DNA of 64,000 bases from an uncultured delta proteobacterium. GTDB lineage: Bacteria; Desulfobacterota; RBG-13-43-22. Shown in pieces: positions 9,318 through 20,764 of this stretch (positions within the stretch are counted from its first letter, which is position 1; each line of letters starts with the position of its first letter). The stretch is taken from NCBI GenBank assembly GCA_963843145.1, contig CAWJJC010000010.1:160001-224000 (forward strand), in the 5' to 3' direction. A program made the position numbers and the translations under genes. The notes below the pieces were generated by a model. That model saw nothing but the letters and a program-made list of their open reading frames with translations. It did not search any database and was not told the origin of the DNA.

Positions 9318-12300
9318 ATGGCCCCTTTCGGTCAGGTGCTCGGTATAGACATCGGTTCCGTTTCCCTGGCCATCGCCTGCCTGGCTCCCGACACCACCAT
9401 CCTGGAAACCTTCTACGCCTTCCATCAGGGGAAGATAGCGGAAACCCTGAATTCCCTGCTCTCCGGGTATCCGCTCGAACCCGTCGGCCATCTGGCCTGC
9501 ACCTCCTCCACCCCCGAAACTATCGGCCCCGCGGTCCGCTACGATACCCAGTTGGCGGTCATCAGCGGCGCCTCCCTGGTCCGGGAAAAAATCGGAAGCA
9601 TCCTCCTGGTGGGGGGCGAAAAATTCAGCCTGCTGCAGTTCGACCCCCAGGGCCGGTACCGGCGGTCCAAAACCAACACCTCCTGCGCCGCGGGAACCGG
9701 CAGTTTTCTTGACCAACAGGCCTTTCGTTTGAACCTGCAGGGGGTCGAGGCGCTGGCCGAATTGGCCGATTCCAATCAAGGGGAAATCCCCAAGATCGCC
9801 TCGCGTTGCGCGGTATTCGCCAAAACCGACCTGAGCCATGCCCAACAGGAGGGGTATTCCCTGGCCGAGATCTGCGACGGCCTCTGCTTCGGGCTGGCCC
9901 GCAATATCGTGGATACCCTCTTTACCGGCGACGGCGTGACGGCGCCGGTGATTATGAGCGGGGGGGTGTCATTGAACCGGGCCGTGGTCCGGCATCTTTC
10001 CAGGCTGATCGGAATGCCGATCGAGGCGGACGCCTATTCCCCGCTCCACGGGGCCATCGGCGCCGCCGCCTGCCTGCTCCGGGAAAACAATTTTGAAAAC
10101 CCGCTGTCGATTCGCCGGCCGGCCGAGCTGTTCCGGCCCTCGGCGGAAAAACGGACCTATTTCTATCCGCCGCTTTTGACGACCTCTTCCGAGGTCCCCG
10201 ATTTTCACCCCCCGGAGAGTTACCTTTACCGCTCCGCCCGTTCCGATTTCCAGCCCGGGGTGGAGGTGGAACGGTTCGAACCCCTTTCAGCGGGGGAAAA
10301 CAACACGGTATTTCTCGGCCTGGATATTGGCTCCACCAGCACCAAAGCCGTTCTGACCGGCCCGGGCCGGAAGGTGGTCGCCGGATTTTACACCCGCACG
10401 GCCGGACGGCCCTTGCAGGCCGTCCAGGTCCTTCTGGAGGCCATGGATGACCTGGCCCGGAAGCAGGGGACGACCTTCCAGGTCCTGGGAGCCGGAACGA
10501 CCGGATCGGGACGGACCTTCATCGGCCGGATTATCGGGGCCGACCTGATCATCGACGAAATCACGGCCCATGCCCGAGCCGCGGTGGAGTTAAACCCGGC
10601 CGTCGACACGATCATCGAGATCGGCGGACAGGACTCGAAGTTCACTACCCTGAACCAGGGGTTGGTCACTTTCTCGACGATGAATGCCGTCTGTGCCGCC
10701 GGGACGGGCAGCTTTATCGAGGAGCAGGCCTCCCGGCTCGGCTGTCCGCTGACCGAATACTCCCGGCGGGCCGAGGGGATTCGGGCCCCGCTGGCCAGCG
10801 ACCGCTGCACCGTGTTCATGGAACGGGACCTGAATCATTATCTCAGCAAAGGCTATGGGGTCGACGAGATCCTGGCCGCGGTGCTCCACGCCGTGCGGGA
10901 CAACTACCTGTCCAAGGTGGCCGTGGGCTCCCGCATCGGAACCTGCCTTACTTTCCAGGGGGCGACCGGACGGAACCGGGCCCTGGTGGCGGCCTTTGAG
11001 CAGAAGCTGGGCCAACCGATCTTCGTCTCCCCTTACTGCCACCTGACCGGGGCCCTGGGGACGGCCTATATCCTGGAGGAGGGCGGCCTGAATCGCTCGG
11101 CCTTCCGGGGGATCGAACTCTATAAACAATCGGTCCCGATCGAGACCGAAGTCTGCGAATACTGCACCAACCACTGCAAGATCAAACTCGCCCGCCTGGA
11201 CGGCGAAACGGTGGCCTACGGTTTTCTCTGCGGCCGGGATTATGATACCCGGGAATTCGTCAATAAGAACCGCTCCGGCTTCGATCTCCTCCAGGAACGG
11301 GCCCGGGCCTTCCGGTTTAAACCGGGAACCCACGATACCGGGCCGACCATCGGGCTTCCGGCGGCCCTGCATCTCTTCGAAGACCTGCCTTTCTGGAAAA
11401 AGTTCTTCGACCTGCTGGAGCTGAAGACCCGGTCGAGCGAGGACTGCCGGGATGCCGTCGCCAGGGGAAAGTCTCTGGCCGGCGCCGAATTTTGCGCGCC
11501 CATCGCCGCCCTTCATGGCCATGTTTCCTATCTGGCCCAGCGCTGCGATTCTATTTTTTTGCCGATTTACCTGGAAGCCCGGGACAAGCCGCCGGGACGG
11601 ATACGAAAATACTGCTATTACACCCAGTACGCGCCGGCCCTTGTCTCTCGGATGGAAGAGACCGTTCGCCGGAAGTGCCTGGTACCGCTTCTGGACACCA
11701 ACGCCGGGATTAGTACCGGACTCCGGCGGCTGCACCAGGTCTTGAAACAGGTCAAACCGGGGCTCTCCTTCCTCAAAGTCCACTCGGCCTTTCAACAGGC
11801 CCGGGCCTTTCAGGCGCCGGTCGGAAGCGGCTGATCGAGCTTTTCGAACGCCGCGTCTCTGAGAGCGGCGAAATCAAAGTCGTCTTATTGGGCCGCCCCT
11901 ATACCCTCTTCTCCCGGGTCATGAACAAGGGGATCCCCGATATCTTCGGGTCCCTGGGAATCCAGACCTTCTCCCAGGATATGCTGGCCGGGACCGCGGA
12001 TAGGGCTCAGGAGATCGGCGGGCTGCTGCGGGCCTTTCACTGGAATTACGCGGCCGCCATCCTGGAGGCCGCCGAAGCAGTCGCTTCCCGGGAAGGGATC
12101 TACCCCGTGCTGGTCACTTCCTTTAAATGCTCTCCGGATTCCTTCGTGACCGACTACTTCAAGCAGATCCTGGAAGGGGCCGGGAAACCCTACCTGATCC
12201 TGCAACTGGACGAGCACGATTCCAGCGTGGGTTACGAAACCCGGATCGAAGCGGCCGTACGAGCCTTCGGCAACCACTTCCGGAGGAAAGCCCGGATCGT

Positions 12301-13568
12301 CGGGCATCGGGTTCGGGAAGTAAATCCCCGTACCGAAAACGAGATCGGCGGCAAAACGCTGCTGCTGCCGAACTGGGATCCGATCTGCTGCCGGCTGATC
12401 GCGGCCAATCTGGTTCGGCACGGGGTGGATGCCCGGGTGTTGGAGGAGAACCGGGTCCTGATTCAGAAGAGCCTGCGCCACAATACCGGACAATGCCTGC
12501 CGCTCAATGCCATCGCCCAGGAGTTCATGGAGTATATCGAAACCCACCGACTGGAACCCGAAAAAACCCTGCTCTGGATGGCCGGTTCCGAGATCGCCTG
12601 CAATGTGCGGCTCTTTCCCTATTACATCCGGAGCATCCTGGATGCCCGCGGAGGAGGGCTGGAGAAAGCCGGCGTCTATGTGGGGAATATTACTTTTACC
12701 GAATTGTCGTCCCGTATCGGGGTGGATACTTACTTTGCTTTTTTGTTCGGGGGCTTTATTCGAAAAATAGCCTGTAGGCTTCGCCCCTATGAGCTGACCC
12801 GGGGTGAAACCGACCGGGCGGTTTCCCGGGCCGTTCAGATCGCCGCCGATTCTTTCCTGGGGAAACAGGACCGGGAGGCGGCCGCCCGGGAAATTTCGCG
12901 GTTGTTTCAGGAAATCCGGGTGGACCGCAGCCAGTCCGCGTCCCTTGGTGGCCGTCTTCGGGGATCTTTATACCCGCGACAACGACGTCATGAACCAGGA
13001 CCTGATCCCGGCCATCGAGCAGGCCGGCGGGGAGGCGGTCACCACGCCCTACAGCGACTACCTCAAGATGATCGCCGAGCCCTATTTCCGGCGCTGGCTG
13101 ACGGAAAAGCACTACTGGATGGTACTGGTCAACAAGGCCCTGCTCGGACTGGTCAGCATCCTGGATCGAAAATATTACCGGATCTTTCAACCGCTATTGG
13201 GCGACCCCTATCCCGTCTACCCGCGCGGAGCCCTGGAAATCCTCTCGCGATTCAATTTGCAGGCCCAGCACGCCGGGGAGTCCATGGAGAACCTGGTCAA
13301 GGTCTTTTCCCTGCTGCGGCTTCACCCGGGGATTTCCCTTTTCGTCCAGGCCAGCCCGGCCTTCTGCTGCCCTTCGCTGGTGACCGAGGCCATGGGACGG
13401 GACATCGAGCGCCAGACCGGCATCCCGGTGGTTTCCATCACCTATGACGGGACGGGCAGCCCCAAGAACGACGTGATTATCCCCTATATCCAATACACCC
13501 TCCAGTCGGCCTCCAGCTCCCCATATTCGGCTTCAGGGGCCAGAAGCTCCAGGGGACGGGTGACCTGA
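9318..13568 (+). CDS. Large CoA-substrate-specific enzyme activase (two BcrAD/BadFG ASKHA ATPase domains plus DUF2229/dehydratase-like regions), split by two frameshifts (~11815, ~12935)
   Basis: GIDIGS, CAAGTGSF (x2), EIGGQDSK, SRCAVF/DRCTVF motifs; the reading continues in ORFs 11888-13447 and 12804-13568. Confidence 0.85.
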
Positions 13569-13598
13569 AATGGCTTTCCAAATACCGGCTGAAACACG

Positions 13599-13925
13599 AG
13601 GTTGTTCGCCCTTTTGGGTGGGTGGCCACAATATACGTGGCAGCCTAGTCTGAAATCGAAGCTCCGAAGCCGCCGGGTCTCGGCGAAAGGGTTTTCCATC
13701 TCGCTTTTTCGGTTCTAACCCGGCCCCCATCTAGTCAAATCTTCGAGGAGGCAGGGCCGGCCTGATAGGCATCAAAGGCCTCTGAATTTGGGCCTGCTTT
13801 AAATAAAATTAGTAGTTTAGGCCCGGATTCGAAGTCCGGAGTACCTTTGGAAAACCCTTTCGCCGAGACCCGGCGGCCATACCAGATCTGGGGGGTACCC
13901 ACCCAAAAGGGCGAAGCATCAAAGA
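13599..13925. mobile_element. ~320-bp MITE-like element, family A copy 1
   Basis: Terminal IRs TTCGCCCTTTTGGGTGGGT / ACCCACCCAAAAGGGCGAA; internal IR GGGTCTCGGCGAAAGGGTTTTCCA / TGGAAAACCCTTTCGCCGAGACCC; inverted copy at 40107-40430. Confidence 0.75.
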
Positions 13926-14066
13926 AAATGGGGCGTCAAAGAAAAATTCGAGCCCCCTTTGAATTTGAAACGTCAGAGAAGTTATCCACCGGTCCCTTAT
14001 CCCCGGAGGAACCAGCCCCCAAGTCAGTAGTTGAAACAAAATCAGTCATGCGGGAGAGGAAGTATT

Positions 14067-14930
14067 ATGGGAATAGAGACTGTCGCCATTGTCGGCCTGG
14101 GAACCATGGGAAGCCAAATCGCCGTTGTTTGTGCCCAAGGGGGGTTTAAAACGATGGTCTTGGATATCTCTGAAGAGCGGTTGGTCAGAGGAAAAGCGGC
14201 CATCGGCTCCTTTCTGGATAACGAGGTTAGGAAAAAAAAGAGGGATCAGGAAGCACGGAATCAGGCTTTGGGGGCCATCCAAACCACCACCAAGCCGGAG
14301 GAGGCTTTTGAAGACGCCGATCTGGTGATCGAAGCGGTTTATGAAGACATTCAAACAAAACGGGCAATCTTCCAGGAGGCCGACCGGAGGTGCCCGCCGC
14401 GGACAATCCTGGCCAGCAATACCTCGACCCTCTCCATCTCAGAGCTGGCCGCCGGGACTCACCGGCCGGACCGCTGCCTGGGGACCCATTTCCTGATTCC
14501 CGCCGCCCTGACCCCTCTGGTGGAGGTAGTCCGGGGCCTCGACACCTCGGACCAAACGCATGAGGCGGCAATCGGCTTTCTGAAACAGTGCGGAAAGGAA
14601 ACAGTAACGGTAGCCGATTCTCCGGGATTTGTGATCAACCGGATCTACCTTCCCCTGGTTAATGAGGCTTTTTTTGCCCTGGAAACCTCATTGGCCGCTG
14701 CCGGCGACATCGACCGCTGCTGCCAAAAGGGCTTGGGATTTCCCCTGGGTCCGCTGGCGGCTGCCGATGCCTTCGGCCTCGACATCCTGCTCGACTGTAT
14801 GCACAGCCTGCACCGGGAACTGGGCGATAAATACCGGCCCGCCCCCCTGCTGGTCAAACTGGTTAAGGCCGGCCGGTTGGGGCGAAAAACCGGGCAAGGG
14901 GTTTATGACTATAGCCCGAGCAAAAAGTAA
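14067..14930 (+). CDS. 3-hydroxyacyl-CoA (3-hydroxybutyryl-CoA) dehydrogenase family
   Basis: GLGTMG Rossmann motif, [30 protein letters not shown]. Confidence 0.93.
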   Translation: MGIETVAIVGLGTMGSQIAVVCAQGGFKTMVLDISEERLVRGKAAIGSFLDNEVRKKKRDQEARNQALGAIQTTTKPEEAFEDADLVIEAVYEDIQTKRAIFQEADRRCPPRTILASNTSTLSISELAAGTHRPDRCLGTHFLIPAALTPLVEVVRGLDTSDQTHEAAIGFLKQCGKETVTVADSPGFVINRIYLPLVNEAFFALETSLAAAGDIDRCCQKGLGFPLGPLAAADAFGLDILLDCMHSLHRELGDKYRPAPLLVKLVKAGRLGRKTGQGVYDYSPSKK

Positions 14931-14976
14931 GGTTCCGCCTCCGAAGAGACCGGGTTTGATCTCCTCCTAAAGGCCA

Positions 14977-16536
14977 TCAGAGATACCGAACCCGGAGGAT
15001 GGTTTTTAGGACCTTTCCGGTGGGGTTGCGGGGAATCTCGCCGAAGAAAACCTTTCGCGGGCGTTTGTACTTTGCCAGTGCCTCACAAAAGGCCAGGACC
15101 TCTTCTTCGCTCAACCCGCCTCCCGGGATGACCTCTATGACCACCGCCACGATCTCGCCCAGCCGTTCATCGGGGTAACCGATGACCGCCGTATCCTTGA
15201 CCTGCGGATGGGTGTGGATATGGTTTTCGACTTCCACGGGAAAGACGTTTTCGCCTCCGCAGATGATGATATCTTTTTTACGGTCCACCAGGTAAACGAA
15301 GCCGTCTCCGTCCTCTCGAGCCATGTCCCCGGTGTACAACCAGCCCTCCCGTAGCGTCTGGGCCGTGGCCTCGGGATTGCGGTAATATTCCTTCATCACC
15401 CCGCCACCCCGAATCGTCAGCTCCCCCACCGCCCCGGGATCGACTTTTTTTCCGTATTCATCGACGATGCGCATTTCCCAGTTAAACCCCGGACGACCGA
15501 TGGCCCCCACTTTATGAACGTTTTCGATGCCCAGTTGAAAACAGTTCGGGCCGGTGGCCTCGCTTAACCCGTAGGTGGTATTGTACTGGATGGCCGGAAA
15601 ATACTTCCGCCAGCGGCTCACCAGAGAAGGCGGGATGGGCATGGCGCCCATGTGCATCAAACGCCAGGCGGATAGGTCGTAGTCCTCCAAATTCAGTTTT
15701 TCGCTGTCCAGTTCCAACAGGATATCCTGAGCCCAGGGCACCAGCAGCCAGAGGATCGTGCCTTTCTCTTGACTCATGGCCTCCAGAATCCAGCGGGGGC
15801 TGACTCCCTTGAGGATCACGGCCCGGCTGCCTACGATGAGGCTGCCCAGCCAGTGCATCATGGCCCCGGTATGGTAGAGCGGGGGGATAAGGACAAAGTT
15901 GTCTTCTTTGTTCTGGCCATGATGAACCTTTTCCGTTATAGCGGCGCAGGACAGGTTCTGATGGGTCAGCAGGATCGGTTTCGGGCGGCCGGTCGTGCCG
16001 GAGGTAAAGTAGAGCCCGCCGGGGTCTTCCGGACCGATAGCCACCGGGCAGGGTCCCGGCGAGCCATTTTGCAGGGCCTCCGCGAAGGAAACCGCGTAGG
16101 CCGGGGTGACCTCACCCAGAGCGATGAAGGTCTCCGCGCTTTTTATGGACTGCCAAAGGGGATCGATCCGGTCGCTGAATTCCTCCCCGAAGAGGACGGC
16201 CTTGGGTTCCGCCACAGCGGCACAATAGCGGATCTCTTCCACGGAAAACCGAAAATTAAGCGGGACCACCCAGGCTCCCGTTCGCAGGATGCCGAAATAG
16301 GCGATCAACCAGTCGATAGAATTGTATACCAGGTGGATGACTCGATCGCCCTTCCCGATGCCTCTCTGTCTCAGAAAATCGGCCAATCGGTTGGCCTGCC
16401 GGTCGAACTCCTGCCAGGTGATCACAATCCGCTGGTTTTGGGCGGGGTTCCGCTCCACCAGGGCGATTTCTTGCGGGAACATCCGGCCGTTCCGGGCCAG
16501 CATTTCAGCGATGTGAATAAAAAATGGATTCATCAA
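14977..16536 (-). CDS. Acyl-CoA synthetase (AMP-forming)
   Basis: FTSGTTGRPK, YGLSEA, YTGDMA, DRKKD, GGENVFP. Confidence 0.93.
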   Translation of the reverse strand: MMNPFFIHIAEMLARNGRMFPQEIALVERNPAQNQRIVITWQEFDRQANRLADFLRQRGIGKGDRVIHLVYNSIDWLIAYFGILRTGAWVVPLNFRFSVEEIRYCAAVAEPKAVLFGEEFSDRIDPLWQSIKSAETFIALGEVTPAYAVSFAEALQNGSPGPCPVAIGPEDPGGLYFTSGTTGRPKPILLTHQNLSCAAITEKVHHGQNKEDNFVLIPPLYHTGAMMHWLGSLIVGSRAVILKGVSPRWILEAMSQEKGTILWLLVPWAQDILLELDSEKLNLEDYDLSAWRLMHMGAMPIPPSLVSRWRKYFPAIQYNTTYGLSEATGPNCFQLGIENVHKVGAIGRPGFNWEMRIVDEYGKKVDPGAVGELTIRGGGVMKEYYRNPEATAQTLREGWLYTGDMAREDGDGFVYLVDRKKDIIICGGENVFPVEVENHIHTHPQVKDTAVIGYPDERLGEIVAVVIEVIPGGGLSEEEVLAFCEALAKYKRPRKVFFGEIPRNPTGKVLKTILRVRYL

Positions 16537-16681
16537 TATTCCCTCGAGATTTTTGTCGCTCCGCCCTTTTATTGCAGGAATGACAATATGAAGGCCAGGG
16601 GATAGTCGGTTCTATTATGTAGACATGAATAGGTAGGCACCCACCCTATCTGGCATGAAAACGGTTCATTGATCCGCTGAT

Positions 16682-17197
16682 CTACCGTCGGGGATCCGCG
16701 GCCAGCCTTTCCCGCAGCAGCGATTTTTCCGCCATCATGCCCTTCAGCCGGTCCGACGGTCCAAAATAGATACAATGCCCTTCACAGACGTTATCCGCGC
16801 AGGCGGGGATCAGCCCTCGATCCAGCCGCTGGACGCACAGGTTGCATTTATAGGCTTTCCCTTCCCGTTCAGCAAAGGCGATGGCCTGGTAGGGGCAGGC
16901 CTCCAGGCAGAGGGTGCATCCGGTGCAGGCCGCCGTTTCCAGAATGACCAGCCCGTCTTCTCGCCGGGTGATGGCCTCCACCGGACAGGCCTCCACGCAG
17001 GGCGGGTCATCGCAATGGCGGCAGAGATTAACTCGGTAGCTGAAGTCCAGCTTGCCCTCAACCCGCCGAGGGCCCTCTTCAATCACTGAAATCAGGCGAA
17101 CGCCGTCGGGTGCCTGGTTTTCCTGCTTGCAGGCCACTTCGCAGGTCCGGCAGCCCCAGCAGGCTCTATTATCGACGGCCAATCGGTAGTCGGTCAT
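16682..17197 (-). CDS. 4Fe-4S dicluster subunit (DmsB/NrfC-like) of the molybdoenzyme
   Basis: CWGCRTCEVAC, CRHCDDPPCVEACP, CTGCTLCLEACP, KCNLC. Confidence 0.92.
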   Translation of the reverse strand: MTDYRLAVDNRACWGCRTCEVACKQENQAPDGVRLISVIEEGPRRVEGKLDFSYRVNLCRHCDDPPCVEACPVEAITRREDGLVILETAACTGCTLCLEACPYQAIAFAEREGKAYKCNLCVQRLDRGLIPACADNVCEGHCIYFGPSDRLKGMMAEKSLLRERLAADPRR

Positions 17198-17231
17198 GAT
17201 ACTTCGCCTCCTCTTTCAGAAAAACCGCGAC

Positions 17232-19385
17232 CTACGGAAGCGGTTTTTCTTCCGGGTAGATTTTACAAAGCAGGGTCCGGATGCTGGTGGCCCCCATGGC
17301 CGGGTCCATGGATTCATAGGCATTGTCGGTCAGGATGTTGATATTGGATTCCTCCCAACCGTGACCGGGGTCTTTCTTTTCCGGAAACCACCAGCCGTGC
17401 TGGGCGGCCACGATCCGGGGGTCCATGCCGGCAAAGAGTTTGGCCCGCTGCCGGACCTTCCCCCGTGGGGATTCGATAACCACCCAATCCCCTTCCAGTA
17501 TCCCCTCCCGGGCGGCGGCCTCCGGGTGGATCTCCACGACCGGGTCCCGATGAAGGTCCCGGAGCCAGGGGACCTGTCGGTTTTCGGTATGGAAGAACCC
17601 CGGCTGCCTGGCCCCGGTAATCAGGATGTACGGGTAGTCCCGGTAGCGTTCCGGCGTGCTGACCGGGCTCTCGGGTGGTTCCCGAAACTGGGGCAGGGGA
17701 TCACAGCCCATCCGTTCCAGGGAGGTGCAATAGAGCTCAAACTTACCCGTGGGTGTGGAGAAGCCGCCCTGCTCATACTTCCGGTAACGCACTTCCCCGC
17801 GGATACAATCCATTTTTTTGAATTCCTGCCAAGTGACGCCCAGCGGCTTGAGGATGTAGTCCAGGCCGCCCTCGAAGGTGTCCCACCAATACTCGCCCTG
17901 GCCGATGCGACGGGCCAGGTCGTTAAGCATCTCGTGGTCGGAGCGGCACTCGCCGATCTGGACCACCTTGCGCCGGGGGAGCAGCCGGCCGTGGCGCTTC
18001 CAGAAATCGCCGATATAATCCATCTCCAGCCAGGTGGCGGCGGGCAGCACGACATCGGCCAGTTCGGCCGTGGGGGTCATAAAGAAATCAGCCACGGCCA
18101 TGAACTCCACCCGCTCCAGGGCCCGGTAGACTTCGCGGGCATTGGCCCGGGTGATGAGGGGATTGGAGCTGATGAAAAAAAGCATCTTCACCGGATAAGG
18201 CTTCTCTTCCAGAATGGCGTCCCAAACCGCCTTGGGTTGAATAATGGCGAACCGGCCGGCCAGGCGAAAGCGCTCCCCGCCCAGACGCTTAGCCGCCTGT
18301 TCCGGGGGGAGCAGGCCGTGGGCCCCGAATTTCCCCACGTTGTGGACGGGCGGGGTCCGGTAGAGCACCTGCCCTCCGGGCACGTCGATGTTCCCGGTAA
18401 TCCCCATGAGGCACAAGAGGACCCGGTCGTTATCGGCGCAGGTGTTCTGCTGCTCGATGGCCACCCCCCACTGAATGGCCGCCGGCTTGGTCCGGGCAAA
18501 GAGGCGGGCGGCCTCCCGGATCTTTTCCGGGGGAACCCAGGTAATCCGCTCCACTTTATCCAGCGGATATTCATTGACCCGCTGGACGAACTCTTCCCAG
18601 CCGTGGGTGTAGCGCTCCACAAACTCCCGGTCGTACAGCTCTTCGTGGATAATGACCCAGGCCATACCCAGAGCCAGGGCCGTATCCGTCCCCGGGCGGA
18701 GTGGCAGCCAGACGTCGGCCCGGGCGGCGGCCCGGGTCAGGCGGGGATCGACCACGATCAGCTTGGCGCCGGCCTCGAGGGCCACGGAAAAGGGCTCCCC
18801 CTTGTAGCAGTCCGGATTGCTGATGACCACGTTATTGCCCCACATCATCAGACATTGGGGACGGTTTTCATAATCCACGATGGGGTTGGTGCCGCAGGTA
18901 AGGATGCTGGTGGCGATCCGGGGCCCGTAGCAGAAGTGACCGGCCGTCAGCACATTGGGGGATCCCAGCAGGTTGGCGATCCGGTAGATGGCCGCCTCGT
19001 TTTCCCGTCCGGTCCCATACCCGAAGACGACCGATTCGGCTCCGAACCGTTCCTTATAGTCCAGGATCCGGGCGGCGATCGTATCCAGGGCTTCATCCCA
19101 GGAGATGCGCTCCCAGCGTCCGCTGCCCTTGGGACCCACCCGTTTTACCGGGTAGGTCAGCCGATCGGGATGGTAGACCAGTTGCGTCGAGGCCAGTCCT
19201 TTGCTGCAGAGCGTGCCGTGGTTGATCGGGCAGTCCGGGTCCCCGGCTATTTTGGCGATGCGTCCGTCTTTAACATAGACCAGGACCCCGCAGCCGCCGT
19301 GACAATTCCGGCAATGGCTCTTGACGACCCGGTCATAGCCGTAGACCTCCATTTCCCGGGCCACGTTGGAAAAGCGGTATTCCAT
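17232..19385 (-). CDS. Mo/W-bisPGD oxidoreductase catalytic subunit (acetylene-hydratase-like group, cytoplasmic)
   Basis: CRNCHGGC..C FeS0 motif, RLTYP, WDEALD, RPGTD, ADVVLPA, HGWW; no Tat signal. Confidence 0.9.
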   Translation of the reverse strand: MEYRFSNVAREMEVYGYDRVVKSHCRNCHGGCGVLVYVKDGRIAKIAGDPDCPINHGTLCSKGLASTQLVYHPDRLTYPVKRVGPKGSGRWERISWDEALDTIAARILDYKERFGAESVVFGYGTGRENEAAIYRIANLLGSPNVLTAGHFCYGPRIATSILTCGTNPIVDYENRPQCLMMWGNNVVISNPDCYKGEPFSVALEAGAKLIVVDPRLTRAAARADVWLPLRPGTDTALALGMAWVIIHEELYDREFVERYTHGWEEFVQRVNEYPLDKVERITWVPPEKIREAARLFARTKPAAIQWGVAIEQQNTCADNDRVLLCLMGITGNIDVPGGQVLYRTPPVHNVGKFGAHGLLPPEQAAKRLGGERFRLAGRFAIIQPKAVWDAILEEKPYPVKMLFFISSNPLITRANAREVYRALERVEFMAVADFFMTPTAELADVVLPAATWLEMDYIGDFWKRHGRLLPRRKVVQIGECRSDHEMLNDLARRIGQGEYWWDTFEGGLDYILKPLGVTWQEFKKMDCIRGEVRYRKYEQGGFSTPTGKFELYCTSLERMGCDPLPQFREPPESPVSTPERYRDYPYILITGARQPGFFHTENRQVPWLRDLHRDPVVEIHPEAAAREGILEGDWVVIESPRGKVRQRAKLFAGMDPRIVAAQHGWWFPEKKDPGHGWEESNINILTDNAYESMDPAMGATSIRTLLCKIYPEEKPLP

Positions 19386-19410
19386 GCACTTGCCTTTCTT
19401 CGAAAAAAGT

Positions 19411-19525
19411 CGTCACCCCGGCGAAAGCCCTTCGGCTTACTCAGGGCCATGAGCATTGTCGAATGGCCGGGGTCCAGGGCAGGAAAGCTCCGATGTTCTG
19501 GATGCCGGATCGAGTCCGGCATGAC
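19411..19525. repeat. REP/RPE-like palindromic element (GTCA..TGAC ends)
   Basis: CGTCACCCCGGC..GCCGGGGTCC..GATGCCGGATCGAGTCCGGCATGAC double hairpin. Confidence 0.55.
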
Positions 19526-19627
19526 TCTTAAAAATAAAAGGGCCCAGGCAACAGCTTAACTAATTGATTTTAAAAATTAATGATCAATTGTTAATTATTA
19601 ATCGTTAACCCTTTCCCTACCTCTCCC

Positions 19628-20425
19628 CTAAGCCTCCGCAACCTCCGCCCCCAGCAGACGGCTAATCTGTCGGGCACTTTCCGCCACCTTCCGGCCGTAG
19701 AGCTTCATCCGTTTTTTGGGTATCAGGCCGGTTACAAACAAAACCCCCAGCAATCGCTCCCCCGAACCAAAGACGGGTGCGGCCAGGGCCTGGATCCGAG
19801 GGTGCATTTCCCCCGGGTCCTCGGCATAACCCTCCCGGCGGCAACGGTCCAGTTCCCGATCGAGGCGAGGGCGGTCCAGGCGCGAGGGATCGCCGTGAAA
19901 AAATAGTTTTTCCTGACTCAGGAGGCGCTGCCGGTCGGGTTCCGGGAGAAAGGCCGCGATCGCCTTGCCATGAGAACCGTGGCTGAGGGGGTAGCGTTGC
20001 CCCAGGCGGATGGTCAGGCCGAGTCGGCCGTCTCCCTCGTTCTTGGCAATAACAAAAACATTCCGATCGGCAATCAGTCCGAAAAAGGCCGGACTGCCTG
20101 TTTCCCGGGCCAGCCTGGCCAGAAGGGGATCGGCCACCTCCTTGAAATTCAGGTTGTCCAGCACCGCGCGCCCCAGGGCAATCAGACCCGGTCCGAGTCC
20201 GTAACGCCTCCCCTCCTCGTCCCGCTGAATAAAACCGAAAGTCTGAAGGGTGTTCAGGATGGCAAAGCCTTTACTTTTGTGGATGTCCACCTTCCGGCAA
20301 AGGTCGGTCAGGTTCATTCGGGACGGGGCCTGGCCGGCCAAAGCCAGCAGCAAACGGGCCGCCTGCTCAACGGCCGGAACCACTCGGCTGTATTCGGCTT
20401 TCGGAAGGGAATCAAGTTTTTTCAC
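19628..20425 (-). CDS. IclR-family transcriptional regulator
   Basis: VPAVEQAARLL HTH, GSHGKA, REGYAED, LAAPVF. Confidence 0.92.
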   Translation of the reverse strand: MKKLDSLPKAEYSRVVPAVEQAARLLLALAGQAPSRMNLTDLCRKVDIHKSKGFAILNTLQTFGFIQRDEEGRRYGLGPGLIALGRAVLDNLNFKEVADPLLARLARETGSPAFFGLIADRNVFVIAKNEGDGRLGLTIRLGQRYPLSHGSHGKAIAAFLPEPDRQRLLSQEKLFFHGDPSRLDRPRLDRELDRCRREGYAEDPGEMHPRIQALAAPVFGSGERLLGVLFVTGLIPKKRMKLYGRKVAESARQISRLLGAEVAEA

Positions 20426-20666
20426 GGGAGGCTTTGTCGGATCGATAGGGAATTCTGCATACAGAACAAATTATTTTATGCAGAACAGACTACCTCTTCG
20501 GCCCCCTCCTGTCAACAAATTATCATCCGCTATTTTCGAACAGGGATCGCTTTTTTTCGCCCTGTTCTTAAAGGTGAAAAATACATTCTTAGACCCTGTC
20601 CCTCAGGCCTAGCGGGGAGGTGTGTTCATGAAGGAGAAACCAACCCCTTCCGCTCCGTCTTTTTCC

Positions 20667-20695
20667 TTGACCCTGTCGGCCCCTTTTCCTATACT
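20667..20695 (+). promoter_or_regulatory. Sigma70-like promoter
   Basis: TTGACC-17 nt-TATACT upstream of the kinase. Confidence 0.5.
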
Positions 20696-20764
20696 CTTTC
20701 AGCCAAAAAGAAAACTTATCCGCTACCTGGCAATTCAGCCGCTTGGCCCAAAGGGAGGATGAAG

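Noticed and set aside
17232-19385. Calling the molybdoenzyme acetylene hydratase
   Set aside because: The FeS0 motif reads CRNCHGGC, lacking the catalytic Asp next to the second Cys, and a DmsB-like partner implies redox chemistry.
17196-19559. 787-aa plus-strand ORF and similar long antisense ORFs (e.g. 53828-55237, 57154-58560, 58725-60176)
   Set aside because: Shadow ORFs opposite well-supported genes in GC-rich DNA, with no recognisable motifs.
19970-20764. Long N-terminal extension of the histidine kinase
   Set aside because: It overlaps iclR on the opposite strand; a promoter and RBS support a start at ~20765.
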